Assembly (NCBI RefSeq): GCF_006345805.1
Contig: NC_043014.1
Span: 48,174,001 to 48,238,000 of the forward strand
DNA: 64,000 nt
Source of the DNA: Octopus sinensis
Taxonomy: Eukaryota
Direction of reading: 5' to 3'
This document shows positions 12,617 through 23,619 of this stretch, piece by piece (position 1 is the stretch's first letter; every line of letters starts with the position of its first letter). The notes under the pieces are model-generated. The model had not been told where the DNA came from and ran no database searches. It saw nothing but the letters and a program-made list of their open reading frames with translations. The translations under genes were made by a program, and so were the position numbers.

Positions 12617-12849
12617 GGAATCCATGGCCACCAGTTTTGCCTGATCACAGAAGCAAAGATCAATATCTTATTAATCAGTTATTGGAAGCAGCCCAAGAAA
12701 ATTCTGGAAGTCGATCATCACTACATATGGAGGAAACTCAGCATTTTCCACCAACAGACCAAATTCTAAATGAAAATGCAGAATCAGATTCCTTGATACA
12801 AAACTTTGATCAAATTAATATTCAAACAACTGAAAATTCAAATAAATAA
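12617..12849 (+). CDS. MRPL17: MRPL17 exon 4 (terminal)
   Basis: ttgcag acceptor; (G)NPWPPVLPD...LINQLLEAA...TAA; spliced CDS 621 nt = 206 aa. Confidence 0.92.
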
Positions 12850-12971
12850 CACAAACAGTTCAAATATTTAGAGAGGGAGATAAAAAGATTTACTGAATGT
12901 CATCAAATGTAAATTAACTTCTTATATTGGTCTGTTTGCCTTAAGATTTGTGTTAAATGTTTACATTTTTT

Positions 12972-12977
12972 AATAAA
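12972..12977 (+). terminator. Candidate MRPL17 polyadenylation signal AATAAA
   Basis: AATAAA about 120 nt after the stop, followed by T/GT-rich sequence. Confidence 0.55.
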
Positions 12978-13039
12978 ATTATTTATAGACATTTTATTTC
13001 GTTTTCTTTATATGATTTTGTGTGTTGAAGCATATTCTG

Positions 13040-13308
13040 TTGTGTCTGGGGAGAGTAATTTTCTTTTTGTGCCTTATAATGTAACACACTCACTGGTAAA
13101 ATTTCCACTTCTTTCTTATTTTTATCTTCTTAAAATTTTCGTTGCTTCTTGCAACCTTTTCAATAGTTTTGAGAGTCAAAACTATTGAAAAGGTTGCAAG
13201 ACGCAACGAAAATTTTAGGAAAATAAAATAAGAAATAAGTGGAAAATTTTACTGGTGAGTGTGTTACATTATAAGGCACAAAAAGAAAATTACTCTCCCC
13301 AGACACAA
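13040..13308. repeat. Fold-back inverted repeat (~133 bp arms, 3 nt loop)
   Basis: 13040-13172 pairs with 13176-13308; same repeat family as 48351-48594. Confidence 0.92.
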
Positions 13309-13915
13309 TAGATATTTTATTAAAAATGAAATATTTGCTTTCAGATTTTCTCACCAACAAATTCTTCGTTACAAGTTTTCTGTTTAGTAATTGACTGTAT
13401 CAGCATGGCTGTGTGGTAAGAACATTGCTTCCTATGTTGTTCTGAGTTCAGTCCCACTGCATGGAACCCTTGGCAAGTGTCTTCTGCTATAGCCTCTGGT
13501 CAACCAGTCTTGTGAGTGGATTTGGTAGATGGAACCTGAAGAAAACCCATCATATCTCTTTCTCTCTCGTTACTCTTTTACTTGTTTCAGTCATTTGACT
13601 GCGACCATGCTGGAGCACTGCCTTTAGTTGAGCAAATCGACCCCAGGACATAAACACACCAATTTATCTCTTCTAAGCACCTATACCTACTGCATTATTC
13701 TGCTTGTAATGAAGTACAGAACTACATATTTTTTAAGGCTTTTTTAGGACTATCTATTCCTGGACTTATTCCTCTTTCTGACAAAGAGCCATGCTTGAAA
13801 CATCATTCCCTCTCCCTAGTTTTCCATCTAAAACTTACACTGAGTGTCAGTCTAATATATTCACTGTGTAAACCTGACTTTTGTTCTTAACTGATTATCA
13901 ATCTAAATATTTTAA

Positions 13916-14125
13916 TCCTTTGGTGTTTAAACCAGCCATATCCAGCCCAAATATCCTACATGTTTTACATTCAAACTGGCCATATCTAACCTCTCACACC
14001 TAACCTACATTGACATTCTAAGATGCCATTGAAACTTCAAAGCTGTAAGATAATGTATGATTAATTCAAAACAATTTGAGTGAAAAAATTATTACATTTA
14101 ACAGATTAATCTGAACACTAAAGGG
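13916..14125. mobile_element. piggyBac-type MITE with TTAA target site
   Basis: TTAA|(t)ccttt...aaaggg|TTAA; same family at 27102-27322 and 39177-39387. Confidence 0.7.
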
Positions 14126-14469
14126 TTAAACCCTTTCTGTATTACCAGTTATCTTAACTTCTTGCCTGGAATCCCCTTCTTTTTCACATCCATCCCCTAA
14201 GAGTTTTAACAATAAATTAAACAATTTGTTCACTGAACATTCATTTCTGACTCCATATGTTGGCTTTTCTTAACAAACAACAGCATATTGCTTCGCAGCT
14301 GACCAGAAATAAAAACAACAAGCTTTTCTCATTTTATCAATTTTTCATAGTTTTATTTACATATGTCACAATAGAAATTAACAGTTTCTTAATTTGAAAG
14401 AAACACCATTCTTTTAACGTACTAATATTCCTGGTTCTTCCCTAGCTATTTACTCATAGATCATTTTAT

Positions 14470-14776
14470 TTACTCTTTCACTTGTTTCAGTCATTTGACT
14501 GTGGCCATGCTGGAGCACCGCCTTTACACTAAGTTACAGGAACGTAAGCACACCAGCATCGGTTGTCAAGCAATGTTGGGGGGGACAAACACCGACACAC
14601 AAACATATATACGACGGGTTTCTTTCAGTTTCCGTCTACCAAATCCACTCACAAGGCTTTGGTTGGCCCGAGGCTATAGTAGAAGAGACTTGCCCAAGGT
14701 GCCATGCAGTGGGACTGAACCCGGAACCATGTGGTTGGTAAGCAAGCTACTTACCACACAACCACTCATACGCCTA
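14470..14776 (-). mobile_element. SINE family A (internally deleted)
   Basis: Head and tail motifs as 4462-4857. Confidence 0.8.
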
Positions 14777-16326
14777 TTTCATAGGGGGAAAAAAAAGAAA
14801 AAAGAAAAGCAATTCTGAAAAAAATGTAATAATTCTGTATACTTTCCTGGCTAAGTATTTCATTGATTTCAATTTAAGATACCATATTTGATGGCATATA
14901 AGATGGACGTTTTGCTTCCCCCAAAATATCTCAAAATATCATCCCAGGTCCTACATGCTAAGTTGGGCCACCATTAAGCTAATATTACATGCTTTAATGC
15001 ACTAACAACATTTTTTTCTTGAATATGCACTGCTAAAATTGGAGCGTGTCGAGTAAGTCCATGGGTCTTTTATACCATCAAGTACAGCAGGTAGACAAAA
15101 ATTTATAAGCAATATTTTGAAACCTTTTATTACAAGTAATTGAATTTTGCATTTGATTAAGAAAATTAGTTTCTAAGAGAAACAAGGAAAAAGAAATATT
15201 TGGTTAGTTTCTCTTCAGTTTTAGTTATTGATATATTTATTTAAATTTTGAAATGATGATGAAAAAAGAAATTTACAAGTAGAGTGATGGACAGAGAATG
15301 TTGATGAATATTTATATACATGTGTGTGTATAAAGAGATGATAGATAAGTTAATCATTATATGTGTGTGTGTATTATATTTTAACAAGAAGAGTAGTGAT
15401 AGTGACTTCGAAGTTTCAGCCTGCTGGCTTTCATGTGGCTGTCAGATGAAGTCTAGCAGGCTACAACTTCAAAGTCACTGTCAACACTCTTTTAAAAATA
15501 TAATAAAATATGTACTCTAAAAGAGTATTAAGTAGTTCTTCAAGGGAGCTTGCTTCTTAGCTACATGGTTTCGGGTTCAGTCCCACTGCGTGGCACTTTG
15601 GGTAGTTGTCTTCCATTATAGCCCCGAGTCGACCGAAGCTTCGTGATTGAATTTGGCAGGCGGAAGTTACTGCCATGTGTGTATATGTGCGTGTAGGTGC
15701 TTGTGCCTCTCTGAAAGAGAGAGAGAGAGGGATATGTGTGTATGTATGTAGGAGAGATGGTAGTGAGGTAGGTTAATAAGAGATATACAGAAACAAAGAG
15801 ATGCAGGCAAAGAATTGTTAAATGGTGAAACCAAAGAATAGTTTCTGTTTTATTTCTTCCTTTCTTTGGAAAAAAATCATTGAGAACAATAAATAAACTG
15901 AAAATTAGTGAACGAAACATAAAAAAATTCATAATGCTTAAAATAAAAACAAATACAAAACAAAAACTCTGAACAAAATCTGTCCATTTTCCATCCAATA
16001 TTTCAGATGTTCAGGAGAACAATTCTTTATCATCATCATCATCATAATTATCATGTACATAATGGTTTCTGATTTAAGAATGAAGCAAACAATTATGATA
16101 AGGAAGTGGGTTGGTAAATTAAATATAACCTCAGTACTTCATTTTATTGACCCCAGAAGGACAAAAGGTAAAGTTTACAGGAGCGGGAACTGAACTCAAA
16201 ATTTAAAGTGCAAAAAATTATATCATAAAACACATTTGTTTGATGCCCTATTGATTCTTCCCACTTGCCGACTTCTTCACAAACGTCTCAGTCTAAACAT
16301 TTTATGGCAGAGAATTAAGAATATAG

Positions 16327-16660
16327 ATCATCATCATCATCATTTAGTGTCCGCTTTCCATGCTAGCCTGGGTTGGACGGTTCAACTGGGGTCTGGGAAG
16401 CCAGAAGGCTGCACCAGGCCCAGTCTGATTTGGCAATGTTTCTACAGCTGGATGCCCTTCCTAACGCCAACCACTCCGAGAGTGTAGTGGGTGCTTTTTA
16501 CGAGGCTGGCAATGGCCACGATCGGATGGTGCTTTTTACGTGCCACTAGCACAGAGGCCAGATGAGGCTGGCAAACGGCCACGATCGGATGGTGCTTTTT
16601 ACGTGCCACCGGCACAGAGGCCAGGCGAGGCTGGCAAACGGCCACGATCGGATGGCGCTT
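16327..16660 (-). mobile_element. RTE-LINE 3' UTR-derived repeat
   Basis: (CAT)n start, matches 26200-26583 reversed, with internal ~65 bp subrepeats. Confidence 0.8.
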
Positions 16661-17938
16661 TGATTTGGGAAACAAAATTTAACAAGAGTAAAGGTCAAGA
16701 AATGAATTAATTTAATTCAATATCTGACGGGAGATTTCTGGTAACAAAACATTAAAAATCTCATTGTCCACACCTTAATTAATGTGGATCTACTATAGGA
16801 ATCCTCAGACCTGTAGTATTCATGGCATGGAAAGCAGAGGCTAAATGATGATTAAAAAAAAAACTAATTAACAAGTCACTAGCGTCATAAACTGTAATAT
16901 GCAATTATCTCCCCTTAGTCACCATTACAAGTGATAGGTGTCTCTGTCAAGTTGCCTCAATCTTACAATTACCTCCCCTCTACTACTAATATAGGTGTCT
17001 GTCAAATTGATTTATACTATTCAACCCTACAACTATTTCTTTTTTTTTTTTACCATTTAAGCTGATAGGTATTTCTATGAAGCTTATTCAATATCATAAA
17101 CGTAATAAATTATCAAAACTCGATCATATCTGTTTTTGTTTAGCCTAATGCCAACCATGATTGAGACAGCCTACCACTGACCATTGTCATTTTAGGTCGG
17201 ACTACATTGTCCAATGTGTTCGTCCTTTTCTAAAACGACAGTGTGTGGTTTGAGGGAGATTTAGCAGCTATTTCTAGCATGTTTAGTGACCACACAGAGG
17301 CTATCTCATTGGTTTAACATACTTAGTCAGTGGAATAGTAACCATTCTTAGACTCGGGGCCAGCTTAGCTGCATTGTAGTTCCCTGGGCAAGTCAATGAA
17401 CTGGACCCTGTAGTATTTATTTGACATCAAGCCACAGAATACACAGATTATAAGTGGATCCCTAGACCTGTGAGGCCCCTGGATAATTGCCCGGTGTACC
17501 TTAAGACAACACTGCTCAGACCGTGTGCTGTTTTTATTGTAATTGAGTGTAACTTCAGACTGTTGAAGGTGATCACGCTGCTGGTGAGTGTAATGTGCTG
17601 TTGTTGAGTATCCATAGACTGGATGTTGTGGTTATTGAGTGTAACCTCAGACTACTTTTGCTATTAGTTGTTGAATGTGACTTCAGATTGTTGTTCTTGT
17701 AGTTGTTGAGGGTAAGCTTGGACTGTTGTAGCTGTTGAATATAATTTCAGAATCATCAAAGTTTAAGCCCAAACTATTGATGTAGCTGTTGAGTGTAAGT
17801 TCAGACTACTGTTGTTGTTGCGTGCAAGCAGTTTTGTTGTTGTTGAGTGGAACCTCAGATTGTAGTTGTTGAGTGTTCTGTCAGGGATCAAAAATAACTG
17901 ACGAAATCCTAACCCCAGATCCATTAACACCTGTTACA

Positions 17939-18168
17939 AAGGCAGCGAGCTGGCAGAAACATTACGCCGGGCGAAATGCTTAGCTGTATTTCGTCTGCCA
18001 TTACATTCTGAGTTCAAATTCGGCTGAGGTCGACTTTGTCTTTCATCCTTTTGGGATTGATAAATTAAGAACCAGTTACACACTGGGGTCGATGTAAATG
18101 ACTTATTCACTTTGTCTGTCTTTGTTTGTCCCCTCTGTGTTTAGCCCCCTGTGGGCAATAAAGAAATA
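17939..18168 (+). mobile_element. SINE family B
   Basis: Head and core motifs. Confidence 0.75.
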
Positions 18169-18298
18169 ATTAACATCTGTTACAATAGATTCCAGTCAGA
18201 TCACAAGAGTTACACCAGCAGCTAATGCAGTATTTAGCTGTGCTTAAATGTTTGTTTTAATCAAATGATTTTGTCTAATATTCTTTTCCTGAGTAACT

Positions 18299-18460
18299 AT
18301 AGGTGCAAGAGTGGCCGTGTGGTAAGTAGCATGCTTACCAACCACATGGTTCCAGGTTCAGTCACACTGCGAGTGTCTTCTACAATAGCCTTGGGCCAAC
18401 CAAAGCCTTGTGAGTGGATTTGGTAGACGGAAACTGAAAGAAGGCCATCACATGTATGTA

Positions 18461-18513
<53 letters not shown>

Positions 18514-18700
18514 GTATATGTTTGTGTATCTGTGTTTCTCTCCACAACATCGCTTGACAACTGATGCTGATGTGTTTACGTCCCTGTAACTTAATGCTTC
18601 GGCAAAAGAGGCTGATAGAATAGGCTTACAAAGAATAAGTCCTGGGGTCGATTTGCTCAACTAAAGGCAGTGCTCCAGCATGGCCACAGTCAAATGACAA
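18299..18700 (+). mobile_element. SINE family A
   Basis: Head, TA tract and tail motifs. Confidence 0.8.
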
Positions 18701-21629
18701 ACAAAAATATATTAAAAAAAAACGGCTAATGTTAAGCAAAGTGGTCACACTTTGCTATTTATATTACAAATCCTTAAGTAACTGAATGAAAATAAAACCG
18801 CATCAAAAACAATATAAATGCTTTAGAATTATTTTGTAACTAAATATTTATTTTTAATCCCTTTCATACCAATCCACCTGTGATCACCACTCCTGGCTCT
18901 ATTGTACAAACTTCCTGTTTTAAAATGATCTAAATTAAGTCCCTCCATTAAAAGTACATGTTAAATTATACTCCAAACACCAGCTTAATTATGGTTTCAA
19001 ATTTCGGCACAAGGCCAGTAATTTTGGAGGAAGGGGTAAGATGATTATGTCAGCCCCAGTGTTCAACTGGTACTTATTTTATCAACCTTGAAAAGGTAAA
19101 AGGCAAAATTGACCCCAATGATATTTGAACTCACAACAGAAATGTTGCTAAGCAGTTTTTCTGGCATGGTAACAATCCTGCCAGCAGACCGTCTTATGCT
19201 AGCTTGATAATAACAAAGTTATTTTACTAAATTCTTCATTTCTAAAATTAATTGAAACAGAGGTAGTATATTTCATCAAAAATATGATAATAAAAGGGTT
19301 AATTAAATGTTTAAGGTGAGTTGTTAATAAACTTATTGATTTTAAAAACTAATTAATTTCTTTTTAAAAGATAAAATGCATTTATTATATTTATATTTAC
19401 ACTACATTTTAATAGTAAAAATTTCAAATTATTAAAAAGAAAGAAAAAAATTATAGCTATACTATATTTTAACTGGTAGTTATTTTATTCACCCCGAAGG
19501 GGTGAAAGGCAAAGTTTGATTTCAGCAGAACTTGAAACTGGGAAAGGTGCTGAGGATTCCACCAGCTCACTGCCTTTTTGTTAATGATAATTCCAAAAGT
19601 TATTTTTAAAAAAATTTAAACTACAGAACTTTTTAAAAGCAATAATTTCAAAATTTATAAACAAAAAAAAAAATGATTACAGCTATACTACATTTTACTA
19701 ATAACTTTAAATTTATAAAAAAATTTATAGCTGCACTATATTTTAATAATAATAACAGCAGTGGTGCCCCAGCATGGCTGCGGCCTTCGGGCTAAAACAT
19801 TTTAAAGGATTTTTAAGGATTTAAGGATTTTAAATTTATTTTAAAAAAATTTTATAGCTGCACTACATTTTAATAATAATAACCATTTTAAATTTAATAA
19901 AAAAAAATGTTAGTGATGCTATACTTTAATCATGATTTCAAAATTAATGAAAAAAGAATTATAGCTACACTAAATTTTAATAAAAAGAATTTCAAAATTT
20001 ATAAAAGAAATTTAACTACAGATAATGATGATGATGATGATTATATATTAAGCCTTCTATTTTTGGTTCAAGGAATGTAAGTTAAGGCATGAGTGTGACT
20101 TATAAATTAAATATTTTTCTATAACTGCTGATGCAATCACATAAAGGACCTCACAGCACTCCCTTGTCTCAGTCAAAGCGGCTGGCTAAAGGTACCAAGT
20201 TACTTTATATAGTCTAGCACTTCACAGTAAGGATGTCTCCAGCTGTGAGATACACTTGCACTAAAAATATTTAATTTACAAAACAAAAAAACTGCCCAAC
20301 TTATATTTGGAGTAGAAAATGGTTGTTAAAATGGTGAAATAAAATAGAATTTAAAAAATTAAAAAATTAATTAAAAAGACAAACAAAAAAGACCAAAGAT
20401 ATTCAATACAATCTGTGTATGTATGTGGCTGCGAATTTGTGTGTGTATGTGAACCTAGCTATGTATATGTGTAAGTGTGCCTGTGTGTCTATGTGAGTGA
20501 GCCTGTGTGTGTTAAGTAATTCATTTGTCTGACACAGACACATGTAATGCAAGTTGAAAAACATTAAATTTTAACAACTAAGCACCTACCTTTTTTTTTT
20601 CCTTACATATAATCTCAGCTTTCAGTAATATTTATCCCAGAACAGGAAATAATTTTTAATATGTCAGTATCAATATATAGCTGGAGTTATCAAAATACCT
20701 GATTTAAAATGCTCATCTTTGAAAAGTTAGTATGTAACTTCGAATACCATGAACAGTCAAACATGATTTATTCCTTGTTCCATGTTTAAATTTGTTTATA
20801 TTTATAAAATATTCATTATTTATACTCTACAAATTGAACTGCAAATTTATATAATGTTGATCATTCATTCATACATACATACATTCATTACATTACATAA
20901 CCTACATATCTTCAGAATAAATTAGCTACATTTAAACATGTCCCTTTTAAAATACAAATTTATTACAAATTATATATTACTAACTTCCTTGCCCTAAATT
21001 AGAAATTCAAATCTTAAAAAGGGGTTTGTGAAAAGTTTTTTAAAATTTCCCTGTCGTACCTTAAAAATCTTGTCCAAATTTTTGTAAGGGAGGAAAAAAA
21101 AAAAAAGAAAACTGTCAACTAATGAACTCAATATATTACTGGTACTTATTTACTGATTCAATAGGCTTACAGTAAAGGGTAAAATGGTAAAGACCCCTTC
21201 GATCACAAATGACCATGGGATTGGACCTAGATACAAGTCTGGGCGAGGTTCTTTTGTGGAAGAGCAGCAGTCCCCCATGCATACCAGCCTCCCCATCTTC
21301 ATGCCACCGATGTTGTCCAAAAGAAAAGCAAAGGCCAATACAACATGGCACCAATGACATCACAACTTATTTTCACAGCCGAGTGAACTGGAGCAATGTG
21401 AAAATAAAGTCTTTTGCTCAAGAACACAACACACAGCCCAGTCTAGGAATTGAACTTGCAGCCTCACAGTTGTAAATCTGATGCTCTGACAACTGAGCCA
21501 TGCACTTTCAGGCTTACAGTACAAGTTCAATATATATATGTAAGGGTACAAATCCAGTATATTTACCCAAGGTACTGGTCATTCCTGCATAATTTACTCT
21601 ATCTATGGTACCAACCAATCTAATATATA

Positions 21630-21852
21630 TACCTATTTCTTTACTACCCACAGAGGAGACAAAGAAGGACAGACAAACGGATTAAGTCGATTACATCGAC
21701 TCCAGTGCGTAACTGGTACTTATTTAATCGACCCCGAAAGGATGAAAGGCAAAGTCGACCTCAGCGGAATTTGAACTAAAAACGTAGCGGCAGACGAAAT
21801 ACAACTAAGCATTTCGCCCGGCGTGCTAACGTTTCTGCCAGCTCGCCGCCTT
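21630..21852 (-). mobile_element. SINE family B
   Basis: Near-consensus reverse copy. Confidence 0.8.
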
Positions 21853-21879
21853 ATATATATATACCTACATTATATATAC

Positions 21880-22000
21880 CTAATATATATACCTACAGTA
21901 CCAGCCAAATATATATACCTAATATATATACCTACAGTACCAGCCAAATATATATACCTACAGTACCAGCCAAATATATATACCTACAGTACCAGCCAAA
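21880..22000. repeat. Short tandem repeat, ~26 bp unit tatatatacctacagtaccagccaaa, 4 copies
   Basis: Direct reading. Confidence 0.85.
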
Positions 22001-22562
22001 TCTAGTCCAGTATGTGTGTGTGTGTGAAGACCAAATAAATAAGTGATTTCTTACAATGGTAAAATGGAATGAAAAGCAATCTCCATTATAGTGAAGAATT
22101 TCCAGACTAGTACAGTTTTTATATTCCAATAATGATTATCTTCCCTATCTTCATGATGATGAAGAATAATAAGACTACTACTGTTTTTCATTACAATAAT
22201 TATTTCCTCTCGTTAATTACAGAGGATTTAATAAGTGGGGCCATGTAGCTACTGACCCCTTTACTGCTGAACTTCAGAGAATCTCCTACCTTTCTATTTC
22301 TAACCTGTTCACACCTGTACCTACCTTTAAATCCTTATTACCCGCTGCTTTTAATTAACAAGAAGTTATCACTTAAACCTGCCATTAATTCGTTTGACGA
22401 CTTTCAAGCATTTGGGACAGTTTTAATGAAGAATAAAAAAAAAAACTATGATGATGACTCAAAAAAAAAAAAACATATACAAAACCACAATGGCTGACAA
22501 AAATAACAGAAAACAAAAATTACGAAGCAACATCAAGTGTCTCAGTGTTAGATGAAAGCAGT

Positions 22563-22640
22563 TTAATAGAAACGATTAGGGGGTTGCTGGGATGTGTATG
22601 CCTGTGGACGTCCAGCAGCTTGGTGACCAGAATATGTAGC
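22563..22640 (-). CDS. GPS2: GPS2 (G protein pathway suppressor 2) coding exon 10, terminal
   Basis: cttcag acceptor; ATYSGHQAAGRPQAYTSQQPPNRFY*, ending like vertebrate GPS2 (NPRFY). Confidence 0.85.
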   Translation of the reverse strand, partial: ATYSGHQAAGRPQAYTSQQPPNRFY

Positions 22641-22747
22641 CTGAAGTAGAGGAGAAAAAACATTAAGAAATGAAGGTCCATTTAGTGTATATAAATAACA
22701 GATAGAAAAAACAATTGTTTTTCTGTGGGTACAAAAACAGCAAATAT

Positions 22748-23100
22748 ATCATCATCACCATCATCGTTTAACGTCCGTTCTCCATGCTAGCATGGGTTGG
22801 ATGGTTCGACCGGGGATCTGGGAAGCCAGAAGGCTGCACCAGGCTCCAGTCTTATCTGGCAATGTTTCTACAGCTGGATGCCCTTCCTAGCGCCAACCAC
22901 TCCGTGAGTGTAGTGGGTGCTTTTTATGTGCCACCGGCACAGGTGCCATGCGAGGCTGGCAACGGCCATGGTCGGATTGGTGTATTTTATGTGCCACCGG
23001 CACGGAAGCCAGTCGAGGCGGCGCTGGCATCGGCCACGAGTCAGATAGTGCTTTTTACGTACCACCAGACCAGGGATCCTGGCTGGTTCAATTCGATTTC
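22748..23100 (-). mobile_element. RTE-LINE 3' UTR-derived repeat
   Basis: Very similar to 44099-44472 in opposite orientation. Confidence 0.8.
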
Positions 23101-23185
23101 GATATATAGATATATATAAAATCAATTTTAACACCAGTGGTCTAGCATGTAAAAAAACTGAGATTCAGTAAATAGTATTTCATAC

Positions 23186-23399
23186 ATAAATATACGAGGG
23201 AATTTTTTTAACCACTATGTGGAAACCCTTATGCTAGAAGAAGATCCGCTATGGTCTTCTCCAGAAAGATTTAGCACACCAGAAATGTAAGCGAGCAAGA
23301 CAAATGAAGAAAAATTCTTAGTGGTTAAGACCATACCATATCTTCTTCTAGCATAAGGGTCTCCACATAGTGGTTAAAAAAATTCCCTCTTATATTTAT
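23186..23399. repeat. Imperfect fold-back inverted repeat (~75-80 bp arms)
   Basis: gagggaattttttaaccactatgtggaaacccttatgctagaagaaga pairs with tcttcttctagcataagggtctccacatagtggttaaaaaaattccctc; single-arm relative at ~790-850. Confidence 0.8.
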
Positions 23400-23619
23400 A
23401 TATATATATACACACACACACACATATATAAAGGAATACCAAAAATGGGATAAGAAAGCAAAACATCCAGACAGATGATGCAAAAAAACAAGGATGGGTC
23501 ATTCGAAGTTTTCTTTCTTCAGTTGAGTTCCAGATTATCTTTGCAATTTCGGCTGTTATAATTGAGATTGCTCCAATCTGGCCAGCCCCCAGGAAAAACT
23601 AAGCTAAGAGCACTAGATT

